From positions 480,001 to 544,000 of the forward strand of contig CAXXFL010000002.1 in assembly GCA_963674965.2 (NCBI GenBank): a stretch of DNA of 64,000 bases, given 5' to 3'. The notes beneath the pieces were generated by a model. It had not been told where the DNA came from. It did not search any database and saw only the letters and a list, made by a program, of their open reading frames with translations. Shown in pieces: positions 50,948-61,003 of this stretch. The position numbers and the translations under genes are program-made. The DNA comes from a bacterium (lineage in GTDB: Bacteria; RBG-13-61-14; DATKZS01). How positions within the stretch are numbered: the first letter of the stretch is position 1; every line of letters begins with the position of its first letter.

Positions 50948-52825
50948 ATGGCGCGGAAACCGAACCCGGGAAAGATAAAGGACAAGGCGAGGAAATACCT
51001 CAAAAGAGGGAAGCTCGATTTGGCGCTCGAGGCCTACGAGGAATTGGAGAAGGTTTCCTCCGATGACCTTCGGGTGCCTCAGAAGATAGCCGAGATTTTG
51101 TTTCGCATGGGCAAGAAGAAAAGCGCCATCGAGAAATACAAGGACTCGGCTCAAAAGTACCACGAGAGGGGTTTTCTCATTCAGTCGATAGCCATCTGGA
51201 AGGTGGTGCTGGACCTGGACCCCGAGGACAAGCAGGCCATCGAGATGATTCAGGCCCTGTCGGAGGAGCGCTCGGGTCCGATACTCAAGAAGAAGCCCGC
51301 GCCGCTAAAACCCAAGAGCGCCGCTCCGGCCCAGGAGGAAGAGACCGAGGAGGAGATCGAGGAGGAGATTGAGGAGGAGATCGAGGAGGAAGAAATTCCC
51401 GAGGAAGACGACTTGGACGATGACCTGGATGAGGATATGGACGATGATCTGGATGACGACCTTGACGAGGACGACGATGAGGACCTGCAAGAGGATGATG
51501 ACACCATAGCCCTCGAGATGCCCGACGGTAACGAGGTGGAGATACCGGTCGAGGCGGAAGAGGACGAGACGGAATACGGGGAACCCGCCGATCTTGATGC
51601 TCTCGAGTCCCTCGACGGCAGCGTGCCCCTCGAGATGATTGAAAGCGAGAGGCCGGAGAGCGGCCTTGAGTACGACCTCGGTGAAGACGAGGACGAGGAG
51701 GACCTGGGCGACGCGGGTTTCTCCATGGTCCCCGCGGATAATGATGACGCTCCATCCGCGCCGGCCGATGACGTGGACCAGGAGGCGGAAATGGACGACG
51801 CCGGTTTCTCCTTGATGCCCGCCCCTCCATCCAAGGGCAAAGACGAGCCCATCGACGCGGAGGAGGCCGGTTTGAAAATCGAGCCCCTGGAGGATGACGA
51901 GCTCGAGGAGGACGGCGCTCCCCTTCAGGGAGTGGGCGACGAGGGCATCGACGCGGTCCTCGACATTCTTCCCCTCGAGGAGGAAGAGGAACTTCCTCCC
52001 GTGCCTCCCGAGCATACGCCCCTTTTCTCGGACCTCGGGCCCGGGGAGTTCGACCGGGTCTTCGAGCTTTTGCAAAGCCGGGTCCTGGACGAGGGTACCG
52101 TGATAGTCAAGGAGGGAGATGAAGGAACGGCGCTCTTCATCATAGCCCGCGGCCAACTGGGCGTATACCGGAAAGGCGCCGACGAAAAGGAAGTCAGAGT
52201 GGCCACCCTGGGACCGGGTAGCTTCTTCGGCGAGATCGGTTATTTCCACGGCAAGCGCATGGCCACGGTAACGGTCGAGAAAAAGAGCCACATCCTCGAG
52301 ATAGCCAAGTCGGACCTGGACCAGGTGGCGGAGGAATTTCCCCGCGTGCGCGAGGTGCTAAACGAGTTCTACCGGGAAAGGGTGCTGGACAACCTGATCA
52401 GCGACTCACCCCTGTTCGATTCCCTGACCCCGGAGGAGCGGGTGCATTTCCGCCAGAAGTTCGTCATCCGGCGCTTCGGGGACGGCGAGGCGATAGTCAG
52501 GGAGGGTGACCCGGGCGACTCCATGTTCCTCATCAAGTTCGGCAACGTGAGCGTCAGGGGCAAGCACCCCATAACCGGCGAGGAGGTCGAGTTGGCCAAG
52601 CTCGAGCCCACCAATTTCTTCGGCGAGGTGAGCCTCATCAAGAACAAGCCTCGGACCGCCACCATCGTGGCGGAGGGCGAGGTCGAGGTCATGGAGCTTT
52701 CCCGCGATTCCTTCGAGGAAATCAGGGCCTCGCACCCGGAAATAGGGGAATCGGTCGAGCACACCATCGAGCGCAGGGTCGAGGAAACCATCAAGAAAAT
52801 GGTGGACTTGATAGACGACGATTGA
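50948..52825 (+). CDS. TPR - acidic linker - tandem cNMP-binding protein
   Basis: N-terminal TPR; long D/E-rich linker; FFGEIGYFHGKRMATV and FFGEVSLIKNKPRTATI cassettes. Confidence 0.9.
   Translation: MARKPNPGKIKDKARKYLKRGKLDLALEAYEELEKVSSDDLRVPQKIAEILFRMGKKKSAIEKYKDSAQKYHERGFLIQSIAIWKVVLDLDPEDKQAIEMIQALSEERSGPILKKKPAPLKPKSAAPAQEEETEEEIEEEIEEEIEEEEIPEEDDLDDDLDEDMDDDLDDDLDEDDDEDLQEDDDTIALEMPDGNEVEIPVEAEEDETEYGEPADLDALESLDGSVPLEMIESERPESGLEYDLGEDEDEEDLGDAGFSMVPADNDDAPSAPADDVDQEAEMDDAGFSLMPAPPSKGKDEPIDAEEAGLKIEPLEDDELEEDGAPLQGVGDEGIDAVLDILPLEEEEELPPVPPEHTPLFSDLGPGEFDRVFELLQSRVLDEGTVIVKEGDEGTALFIIARGQLGVYRKGADEKEVRVATLGPGSFFGEIGYFHGKRMATVTVEKKSHILEIAKSDLDQVAEEFPRVREVLNEFYRERVLDNLISDSPLFDSLTPEERVHFRQKFVIRRFGDGEAIVREGDPGDSMFLIKFGNVSVRGKHPITGEEVELAKLEPTNFFGEVSLIKNKPRTATIVAEGEVEVMELSRDSFEEIRASHPEIGESVEHTIERRVEETIKKMVDLIDDD
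51335..51500 (+). repeat. 12-nt period coding repeats (EEEI)n and (DDDL)n
   Basis: gaggaggagatc/gaggaggagatt units followed by gacgatgacctg-type units. Confidence 0.8.
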
Positions 52826-52993
52826 TCGTTGGATTTATTGCATGGGGAATCTTCGCTCTGGAATAGGGGGCGCGACCTCGGAGCGGAAGAGCAATTTAAA
52901 GCGAGCCTTTCGTTGATTGGCGGCATGCAACCGCGGTCCGCTGGGCGTATTGCCAGGGAAAGGTTCGCGGACGGTAAAGCGGCGGAGGTATAA

Positions 52994-54784
52994 ATGGCTG
53001 GCGGCAAAAAGAAGGTATCGGCGGCCAAGGCAAGGGCCGGCGGAGCGGGGGACCTTGGAAAGGTCCGGGCCGAACTCGAGCGGGTCCGGGCGAAATGCGA
53101 AAAGCTCTCCCGCAAGGAAAAGCTCTATAAAGAGATCACGAGCATTACCAGCAAGAAGTTCAACCTCGACGCGTTCCTGGACAGGCTGATGGAAAGCGTG
53201 ATGGAGGCCACGGAAACCGAGAGCGCTTCCCTCTTGCTCCTGGACGAGTCCGGCCTCGAGCTCGAGTTCAAGGTGGTAAAAGGCCCGGGCGCGAAAAAGC
53301 TCTCGGGCTCCAGGATTCCGGCGGACGAGGGCATAGCCGGCAAGGTGATTATCGAGAGGAAGGCCCACTGCGCCAACGACGTGGCCAAGGACCCGGCCTG
53401 GAGCCCCCGAGTGGCCAAGTCCATCGGCCACAAGACCATGAACATCCTGGCGGCCCCCCTCCGTATCGGCGGAAAAATCGCCGGCGTGGTCGAGATCATC
53501 AATAAAAAGGGCGGGCAGGAATTTACCTCTCAGGACCTGGCCATCCTCAAGACCTTGACGGCCGAGACGGCCCTCGGGATCGAGACGGCCAACCTGCTCC
53601 TCGAGGCCAGGAGGAGGGCCGATCAGTTCGCCACCCTGGCCAAGTTGTCGGCCATTCTCAACTCGAGCCTCAACCAGAAGGAGGTAAGGAAAAGGGCCAT
53701 GGAGGCGGCCGTCGAGTTGCTCCATTGCGAGACCGGGTCCCTGTACCTTATCGACAAGGAGAAAGGCGAGCTTTACTTCGAGGTTGCCCTGGGCGAGAAG
53801 GGCGAGGCGGTCAAGGAAATCCGGCTGAAAATAGGGGAGGGCGTGGCCGGATGGGTGGCCAAGAAGGGAAAGAGCGATTTTGTTCCCGATACCTCCCGGG
53901 ACCCCCGCTGGGCCAGCAAGGTGGACAAGAAAAGCAAGTTCAAGACCCGGAACATGGTAACCGTTCCCGTCAAGGCCAAGGGAGAAGTAATCGGGGTGCT
54001 TCAGGCCCTCAACAAGCTTGACGGGCAAAAGTTCGACAAGGCCGACTTAAAGCTTCTCGAGACCCTGGCCGACCAGGTGGCCATCGCCCTCGAGAACGCC
54101 AGGCTCTACGCGGAGCAAAAGGTGATGTTCATGGAAACCGCCGAGGCCCTGGCCACGGCCATTGAAAAACGAGACCCCTACACGGGCGGCCACACCAAGA
54201 GGGTAAGGGACTTCAGTATGGCCACCGCCAAGTATATGGACCTTGACGACGAGCAGATGGAGTGGCTCGAGTTGGCTGCCATTTTGCACGACGCGGGCAA
54301 AATCGGGGTCGACGACGAGATACTTCGCAAGCCGGGCAGGCTGACCGATGAGGAATTCGAGAAAATGAAGGCCCATCCTGGCTATGGTTTCGAGATACTA
54401 AGGCACGTCACCCAGCTTGCTCGGGCCATACCGGGCATGAAGTACCACCATGAGCGTTACGACGGCAAGGGTTATCCCGACGGCCTGGCGGACGGGGAAA
54501 TCCCGCTTTTGGCCCGGATCATCACCGTGGCCGACACTTGGGACGCCATGACCTCGGACAGGCCCTACCGGAAGGGATTGCCTCACAAGGTGGCCAATGA
54601 CGAACTGATCAAATTCTCCGGAATACAGTTCGATCCGGACGTGGTGAAGGCGTTTTTAAAGGCTTATAAAGAGGGCGAGATAGCTCCTCTTGCCCAGAGC
54701 GGAGCGCCGGCCGCCGCTTTGAAAGTTGAAAAAAAGAGTAAAACCGGCAAAAAAAACAATAAAGAGGTTTCAGGGTCGATTTAA
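52994..54784 (+). CDS. GAF-GAF-HD-GYP phosphodiesterase
   Basis: Two GAF repeats (EGIAGKV, EGVAGWV); RDPYTGGH, LHDAGKIG, HHERYDGKGYP, AMTSDRPYR. Confidence 0.94.
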   Translation: MAGGKKKVSAAKARAGGAGDLGKVRAELERVRAKCEKLSRKEKLYKEITSITSKKFNLDAFLDRLMESVMEATETESASLLLLDESGLELEFKVVKGPGAKKLSGSRIPADEGIAGKVIIERKAHCANDVAKDPAWSPRVAKSIGHKTMNILAAPLRIGGKIAGVVEIINKKGGQEFTSQDLAILKTLTAETALGIETANLLLEARRRADQFATLAKLSAILNSSLNQKEVRKRAMEAAVELLHCETGSLYLIDKEKGELYFEVALGEKGEAVKEIRLKIGEGVAGWVAKKGKSDFVPDTSRDPRWASKVDKKSKFKTRNMVTVPVKAKGEVIGVLQALNKLDGQKFDKADLKLLETLADQVAIALENARLYAEQKVMFMETAEALATAIEKRDPYTGGHTKRVRDFSMATAKYMDLDDEQMEWLELAAILHDAGKIGVDDEILRKPGRLTDEEFEKMKAHPGYGFEILRHVTQLARAIPGMKYHHERYDGKGYPDGLADGEIPLLARIITVADTWDAMTSDRPYRKGLPHKVANDELIKFSGIQFDPDVVKAFLKAYKEGEIAPLAQSGAPAAALKVEKKSKTGKKNNKEVSGSI

Positions 54785-54895
54785 CGCATTATGCGATAGT
54801 TATTGAAAAAATTTTCAAATAGTATACATTTATGGTAGAATTTTATTGATTTTATCGTCCGTTATTAATTGATAGTTTCACAAAGGAGGATTCCT

Positions 54896-55546
54896 ATGGG
54901 GGTGGAGGACGTTCTATTCCAGCGGTTGGGCAAAACATTTCCGTCGGGCACGGTTTTATTTCGCGACGGCGAGCGCGGCAAAGAGATGTACGTCATACAA
55001 AGCGGCGAGGTTAAGATCACCAAGGAGGTGAGGGGAGAGGTCCAGACCCTGGCCACCATCGGGGCGGGAGAGTTCTTCGGCGAAATGGCGATCCTCAACA
55101 ACAAGCCCAGGTCGGCCAGCGCCGAGACCGTATCCGAGGCCAAGATGCTGGTTATCGACCCCAAGACCTTCGAGGCCATGATCAAGGGCAACACCGAGAT
55201 CGCGGTCCGGATGATCAAGAAACTGGCCCAGCGCCTCGAGGAGGCGGACCACCAGATCGAGAGCCTCATGCTCAAGGACTCGAACAGCAGGGTGGTCCAT
55301 ACCCTGGCCCGGCTGGCCGACGCGCAGGGAAAGCAGACCCCCGAGGGAATCAAGATAGACATGGACATGCAGAGTCTCGCCGGCAAATGCGGCCTCGAGA
55401 CCGGCCAGGTCCAGGAGATCGTGAACAAGATCGCCAACGCCAAGCTGCTCAAGGCGGAGCCCGACTCGATAACGATAGTCAACGTGGACAAGCTAAGAAA
55501 ATATCTCGAGTACCTCACCATGAAAGAGCAGTTCGGAGACCTGTAA
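54896..55546 (+). CDS. Crp/Fnr family transcriptional regulator
   Basis: FFGEMAILNNKPRSASA cNMP cassette, C-terminal HTH; RBS aggagg. Confidence 0.92.
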   Translation: MGVEDVLFQRLGKTFPSGTVLFRDGERGKEMYVIQSGEVKITKEVRGEVQTLATIGAGEFFGEMAILNNKPRSASAETVSEAKMLVIDPKTFEAMIKGNTEIAVRMIKKLAQRLEEADHQIESLMLKDSNSRVVHTLARLADAQGKQTPEGIKIDMDMQSLAGKCGLETGQVQEIVNKIANAKLLKAEPDSITIVNVDKLRKYLEYLTMKEQFGDL

Positions 55547-55565
55547 TTTAAGGGAGCCAACGGTC

Positions 55566-56327
55566 ATGGAAATAAGGGTCCTGGGTTGCTATGGCGGTGA
55601 AATGCCGGGTCATAAGACCACGTGCTTTATGGTCAACGAAAACGTGGTCATCGACGCCGGCGCGCTTACCGGGTCCCTTGCCATCGAGGACCAGGAAAAG
55701 GTCGATTCCATTATTCTTACTCACTCGCACATCGACCACATTCGGGACATACCCTTCCTGGCGGACAACATTTTCGGGAAAAAGGACAGGCCGGTCATGA
55801 TCCACGGCCTGCCCGAGACCATAGAGAACCTGCGCGAGCACATCCTCAATTTCTCCGTTTGGCCCGATTTCACGGTCCTGCCCGACCCGGACAACCCCAT
55901 CGTCGCCTATCACGAGCTCGAGGAGGGGGCCGAGACGGAGATCGAGGAGTTGACCATCACCCCGATCAAGGTCAATCACACCGTGCCCACCGCCGGTTAT
56001 ATCGTGCAGAACGGCGACCGGTCCTTCGCCTTCTCGGGCGACACCGGCCCCACGGAGAAGCTGTGGGAGGCCGTCCGGGAGATCAAATCCATGACGACCC
56101 TGTTCATCGAGGTCAGCTTTCCAAACCGTCTGGCCTCATTGGCGGCGGCCAGCGGACACCTGACCCCCGAGATGGCCGTCAAGGAACTGGAAAAAATTCA
56201 GCGCCCGGACCTCAAGATTTACGTCCAGCACATGAAGCCGCAGTACTTGACCGAGATCGTCAAGGAAATCGAGTCGTGTGACGCCAACCTCAAGGTGATC
56301 CGCCAGGAAGACAGAATCGAGATTTGA
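55566..56327 (+). CDS. Class II 3',5'-cyclic-nucleotide phosphodiesterase (MBL fold)
   Basis: VLGCYGG, THSHIDHI, FSVWPDF, VNHTVP, SGDTGPT, EVSFPN, GHLTP, HMKP. Confidence 0.9.
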   Translation: MEIRVLGCYGGEMPGHKTTCFMVNENVVIDAGALTGSLAIEDQEKVDSIILTHSHIDHIRDIPFLADNIFGKKDRPVMIHGLPETIENLREHILNFSVWPDFTVLPDPDNPIVAYHELEEGAETEIEELTITPIKVNHTVPTAGYIVQNGDRSFAFSGDTGPTEKLWEAVREIKSMTTLFIEVSFPNRLASLAAASGHLTPEMAVKELEKIQRPDLKIYVQHMKPQYLTEIVKEIESCDANLKVIRQEDRIEI

Positions 56328-56334
56328 TTCCCTG

Positions 56335-58587
56335 ATGGCCGAAAAGAAGAAAAAGCTTTGCTTGCCGCCGCTCCCGGCCGGAGCGGCTTGTTTCGTCATC
56401 GCTCTCGCGCTCGTAGTTCTCTACCCCTTCCATTGCCCGGCTCAGCTCAAGACCTTTTCCCTGCCCCCCGCCGAGGCGGGAAAGCCCATAATCATCACGG
56501 CCGACGAGTTGACCTGGCTTCGGGTCGAGAACCTGGTCCAGTTCGAGGGCAACGTAAGGATCGAGCACCCCACCTACGTCATAACGGCCGACCGCGTCCA
56601 GTCCGACGTTGACAGGAGGATTATTCGGGCCTATGGCAACGTGGTCGTGACCCGGATCGAGAAGGAGGGCGCTAGGGAGATTCTTCGGGCCGAGGAAGTC
56701 GAGTTGAACGTGGACAAGGAAACGGGATGGATGCTTCATTCGAGGATCGAGGTCCCGGCCGACGACCTGACCATCAAGTTCGAGGGCAAAAGACTGACCA
56801 AGATCGACGATCACACTTACCTCATCGAGGACGGGTCCTTTACCTGGTGCCAATGCGGGGAGGGCAAGGCCCCGGACTGGAAGATCGAGGCCGACGACAT
56901 CAACGCCGACCTGGAAAAGGACGCCTCGGCGAGAGGGGCCCAGATTAAGCTCCGAGACAGGCGCTTCGGGGGCAAGGTCCCGAAGTTCACCTATCCCATC
57001 TCCAACGAGAGAAGGACGGGAGTGCTCATGCCCGAGATCCAGGTTTCCAGCGCCGACGGCTTCCAGATCGAGCTCCCCTTTTATTTCGTGCTCTCCCGGA
57101 GCGCGGACGCCACTTTCGCGCCCCGCTACATCGCCGAGCGGGGGATGGACCTCGGCGGCGAGTTCCGATACAACTACGGTCCCCTTGGCAAGGGTGACGT
57201 CCACGGTTTCGGCATCTCCGACGCCAAGGAGGACGAGCCCAGGGGGGGCATCCGGCTAATCCACCGTACCGACCTGGTCGACGAGTTCAGCCTGGCGGCG
57301 GACGTGTCCTTTATTTCCGACAACGAGGTCCTGTACGACTTCGACCACAGGAACCTGGGAAACGAGAACCAGAGGGCCCTCGAGTCCAGGGTCTACGCCT
57401 CCTATCATTGGGACTACATGAACCTGACCGGGGAATTCGCCACCTTCGACGACCTCATGGGCGGCGATATAAGGGAAAGCGACTTTGGAAGCGACGCGGA
57501 CGGCATGATGGTGCAAAGGCTGCCGGCCGTCAGGTACACCATGCTCACCCGGCCGGTGATGGGGCCCGTCATGTTCGACCTTTCAACCTACGGGGCCAAC
57601 TATTACCGTCAGGACATGGACGGCGGACAGATGATCACCCTCCTGCCCAGGTTCTCGACTCCCCTCCGCGTATTGGACGCGGCCGACTTCTGGTTCGCCG
57701 TGGGTTACAGGGAATGGCTCCTTATCCCCGGCGACGAGTATAACTCCGACTCGTCCTTCATCGGGAGGCCCGAGTCGGAGCTGTCCGTCTCAGCCCAGTG
57801 GGAAAGAATTTACGAGGGAGATGAAAACGTCTTCCGCCACTCGATCAGGCCCGAGCTGGTGGGCGTATACGCGGCCGCGCCGGAGGACGACCCGGACGAT
57901 CCCTTCTTCGGTCCCTTCAACCCGGCCTCGGGAAACACCGAGTACGCCCAGGCGGGGATAGAAATAGTGCCCCGCTCCGACGTCGAGCTGCTTGGCGTGC
58001 ACCTCGACACCCGGCTGTGGTCCAGGCCCCGGGACGAGAAGGCCCCCCAGATATCCGAGACGGCCAAGGTCGAGATCACCCAGCTTTACGACTTCGAGAA
58101 CAAGCTTTGGCGCGACGTGAGGCTGGAGGGGTCCCTTGGCGAGCCCACTCCATGGAGGATAAGCCTCGACTCCTACTATAGCTGGGAGGAAACGGAATGG
58201 AGCAGGTTCATCTCGTCAGTGGCCTATAAGTTCGGCGAGGTGGCCGAGGTCAAGGCCGGATACCGCTACGACTCGGGCGAGGTTCGGTCCCCCTATTTCG
58301 AGTTCGAGGCCGAGGAGGACGAGTCCATAAACGGCGGATTTAAGGTCTGGCCCAACGATCGCAACCAGGTCCGGTACCAGATCGATTATTCCCTGGCCTA
58401 CGACCAGGTCGTACGGCAGGAATTCGAGTGGGACTTCCTGGCCAAACAAAGGTGCTGGGGATTCAACCTTAAGGTCTCGGACCGCCTTAATCCCTCCGAC
58501 GCCGACGAGGACCACGACCTCAGCGCGACCTTCAACTTCAAGATCACCGAGCCGGACCTCTCCAAAATCGCCCTGGAACCGGAATAA
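56335..58587 (+). CDS. lptD: LPS-assembly protein LptD
   Basis: Jelly-roll ITADEL..GNV; FTWCQC..PDW.I.A; RRTGVLMP; DATFAPRY..RG; beta-barrel ending QRCWG. Confidence 0.88.
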   Translation: MAEKKKKLCLPPLPAGAACFVIALALVVLYPFHCPAQLKTFSLPPAEAGKPIIITADELTWLRVENLVQFEGNVRIEHPTYVITADRVQSDVDRRIIRAYGNVVVTRIEKEGAREILRAEEVELNVDKETGWMLHSRIEVPADDLTIKFEGKRLTKIDDHTYLIEDGSFTWCQCGEGKAPDWKIEADDINADLEKDASARGAQIKLRDRRFGGKVPKFTYPISNERRTGVLMPEIQVSSADGFQIELPFYFVLSRSADATFAPRYIAERGMDLGGEFRYNYGPLGKGDVHGFGISDAKEDEPRGGIRLIHRTDLVDEFSLAADVSFISDNEVLYDFDHRNLGNENQRALESRVYASYHWDYMNLTGEFATFDDLMGGDIRESDFGSDADGMMVQRLPAVRYTMLTRPVMGPVMFDLSTYGANYYRQDMDGGQMITLLPRFSTPLRVLDAADFWFAVGYREWLLIPGDEYNSDSSFIGRPESELSVSAQWERIYEGDENVFRHSIRPELVGVYAAAPEDDPDDPFFGPFNPASGNTEYAQAGIEIVPRSDVELLGVHLDTRLWSRPRDEKAPQISETAKVEITQLYDFENKLWRDVRLEGSLGEPTPWRISLDSYYSWEETEWSRFISSVAYKFGEVAEVKAGYRYDSGEVRSPYFEFEAEEDESINGGFKVWPNDRNQVRYQIDYSLAYDQVVRQEFEWDFLAKQRCWGFNLKVSDRLNPSDADEDHDLSATFNFKITEPDLSKIALEPE

Positions 58588-58599
58588 TTTTTCGCTCGC

Positions 58600-59988
58600 C
58601 TATTTCCTCATGGCCGCCTTGTGAAGGGCCAGGCCAAAGGAGTCGGCCGCCGCCTCCATGACCATTTCCGACAGGGTGGGGTGAGCGTGAATGACCTCGG
58701 CCAGCTCGTGAACGGTCACCCCCAACTGGACCGCCGCCGACAGCTCGGCGATAAGGTCGGAGGCGTGGGCCCCTATGATGGACCCGCCAAGAATCCTGCC
58801 GGTACCCGGGTCGGCGACCACCTTGACGAAGCCCTCCGTCTCTCCCATGCATTGGGCCTTACCTGCGGCGGCGTAGCCGAACCTTCCCACCTTGATCGGG
58901 ATTTTTTCCTCCCGGGCCTTGTCCTCCCCCAGTCCGACGGCGGCTATCTCGGGACGAGTGAAGGTCACCCACGGTATGGCGTCGAGCTTGAACTCCCGGT
59001 GCTTGCCTATAAGGTTGTCGATCACCACCTCCATTTCATGCGCGGCGACGTGGGCCAGCATGGGGGGGCCGATCGCGTCACCCGCGGCCCATATCCCGGG
59101 CGCCGACGTGGCCCCCCGGCCGTCTACCTTGACGGCGCCGTTGGCGGTCTCCACGCCGGCCTCCTCGAGTCCCAGCCCGCCGATGGCTGGACGCCTGCCC
59201 ACGCTGACTATCATCTTGTCGGCCGAGACGGTCTCTCCATTGTCGAGGGCGCATTTAACCTCGGGGCCCACCTCGAGGTCCTCAACCGTCGCGCCGAGCA
59301 TGAACTTGATCCCCGATTTTTCCAGGGCCTTTTGTACGACCTTGGCCGAGGCCCTGTCCTCATTCATCAGCACGCGGGGAAGGGCCTCGACCACCGTGAC
59401 CCTCGAGCCGAAGGTAGCGAATATGTCGGCGAACTCGAGGCCGATGACGCCGGCGCCGATTATTATCAGGCTGCCGGGCGCGTGGTCCAGGCTAAGCGCT
59501 CCCTCCGACGAGAGGGTCGTCTCCTCGTCTATCGGGACGTTGGGCAGGTCGGACGGCCTCGATCCGGAGGCGATGACGATATCCAGGCACTCGATATCAA
59601 CCCTTCCCTCGGCCGAATCTACCGTGACCAGGCCCGGCTTCACTATTTTGCCTGGGCCTTGAACCAGCTTCACCTTGGCCGCCTTGATAAGGCCGGACAC
59701 TCCCTTGACCAGGCTCGCCGTTACCTCGTCGCGGAACTCGGCGGCCCTGGCGTAATCGAAGGAAGGCTCGCCGCCAAGGACCACGCCGAAACGTCCCGAG
59801 CCGCGAGCGGCGACCAGGGAGTCGGCGCACTGGCGCAGGGCCTTGGTCGGAATACAGCCTCGGTTCAGACAGGTCCCGCCCGGCTTGTCGCGCTCGACGA
59901 GAGCGACCGTTTTGCCCTCCCTGGCGGCCTTGAGCGCTCCCGAGTACCCGGCGGGCCCCGCTCCGATAATACAAACGTCGTACTTCAT
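58600..59988 (-). CDS. lpdA: Dihydrolipoamide dehydrogenase
   Basis: GAGPAG, GGTCLNRGCIPTK, GAGVIGLE, MLAHVA, HAHPTLSE. Confidence 0.96.
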   Translation of the reverse strand: MKYDVCIIGAGPAGYSGALKAAREGKTVALVERDKPGGTCLNRGCIPTKALRQCADSLVAARGSGRFGVVLGGEPSFDYARAAEFRDEVTASLVKGVSGLIKAAKVKLVQGPGKIVKPGLVTVDSAEGRVDIECLDIVIASGSRPSDLPNVPIDEETTLSSEGALSLDHAPGSLIIIGAGVIGLEFADIFATFGSRVTVVEALPRVLMNEDRASAKVVQKALEKSGIKFMLGATVEDLEVGPEVKCALDNGETVSADKMIVSVGRRPAIGGLGLEEAGVETANGAVKVDGRGATSAPGIWAAGDAIGPPMLAHVAAHEMEVVIDNLIGKHREFKLDAIPWVTFTRPEIAAVGLGEDKAREEKIPIKVGRFGYAAAGKAQCMGETEGFVKVVADPGTGRILGGSIIGAHASDLIAELSAAVQLGVTVHELAEVIHAHPTLSEMVMEAAADSFGLALHKAAMRK

Positions 59989-60040
59989 GCGTTTATCCTT
60001 TCGATGACATTATGGCACGGATTAAAGGAAGTTTGGAGAA

Positions 60041-61003
60041 TTACTCTAAAAAGGGCAGGGCCTGGACCTCGCGGACGCACGCGGCCCCCGCGTGGAGCAT
60101 GGCCAGCCTGTCGAGACCGACGGCCACGCCGGCACATTCGGGCAGGCCGAGCTCCGTAAGGTCGCGGAGAAATTCCAGGGGTGGAGGCGGGACCTCTCTT
60201 TCTAGGGTCCGCCTTAACTCCAGGTCGGCCTCGATGCGCCGGCGGTGCTCGGCCGGGTCCGTAAGCTCCGAGCACCCGTTGGCGATCTCGATGCCTCCCA
60301 TGTACAGCTCGAAGCGCTCGGCGGCAGGCCTCGGGCCCCGGCTGACTTTGGCGAGCAGGGCCGACCTGGCCGGAAAAGAAGTAAGGAAAGCGGCCGGGTA
60401 CGACGCCATCGCGGGATCGATATAGTCCACCACGGCGCGCTGAAAGGTCTGCCTGTACTCGAGGTCGGACAATCCCTCCCATTCATCGGCTTTCAGCCCC
60501 AGTTCGGAGGCGAGATCGAAAAAGGAAACCCGGGGGAAAGGAGTGATCAACTCGAGGCGTTGTCCGTTCAAGAAGGCCCTTCCTTCCAGCGCCTCCATGA
60601 CCACTTCCTCCACCTCGGCCATCAACTCGGTCCAGCCATATCCCGTCCGGTACCACTCGGCCATGGTGAACTCGGGGGAGTGGAGGGGCCCAAGCTCCCC
60701 CTGCCTGAAGGTCTGGCATATCTGGTATATGTCCCGCATGCCCCGGCAAAGAAGGCGCTTCATGGCGAACTCGGGCGACGAGTGCAAAAAGACGTCTTTG
60801 GGGGGAACGCTCCGCTCCATCATGGGCCGGTAGAAGGATTTGAAGACCTCGATGTCCGTGTCCGCTCCCGGTGAGGGCATGAGCGTGGAGGTGGTGACTT
60901 CCCCGTAGCCTTTTTTTTCCAGGGCCAGACGGAGCCTGGACTGGAGCTCCATTCTCTTGACGAAAAGGGAAATCTCGGGGTTTACAGGTACTCGCACTCC
61001 CAT
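60041..61003 (-). CDS. epmA: EF-P lysine aminoacylase
   Basis: LHSSPEFAMKRLL, FRQGE..LHSPEFTMAEWYR, AERFELY..GIEIANG.SELTD, GVAVGLDRL; start uncertain. Confidence 0.92.
   Translation of the reverse strand: MGVRVPVNPEISLFVKRMELQSRLRLALEKKGYGEVTTSTLMPSPGADTDIEVFKSFYRPMMERSVPPKDVFLHSSPEFAMKRLLCRGMRDIYQICQTFRQGELGPLHSPEFTMAEWYRTGYGWTELMAEVEEVVMEALEGRAFLNGQRLELITPFPRVSFFDLASELGLKADEWEGLSDLEYRQTFQRAVVDYIDPAMASYPAAFLTSFPARSALLAKVSRGPRPAAERFELYMGGIEIANGCSELTDPAEHRRRIEADLELRRTLEREVPPPPLEFLRDLTELGLPECAGVAVGLDRLAMLHAGAACVREVQALPFLE

Noticed and set aside
51335-51500. CRISPR-like or non-coding tandem repeat
   Set aside because: Degenerate 12-nt codon repeats inside a CDS, with no spacers.
58621-60159. 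512-aa plus-strand ORF
   Set aside because: Antisense shadow of lpdA.
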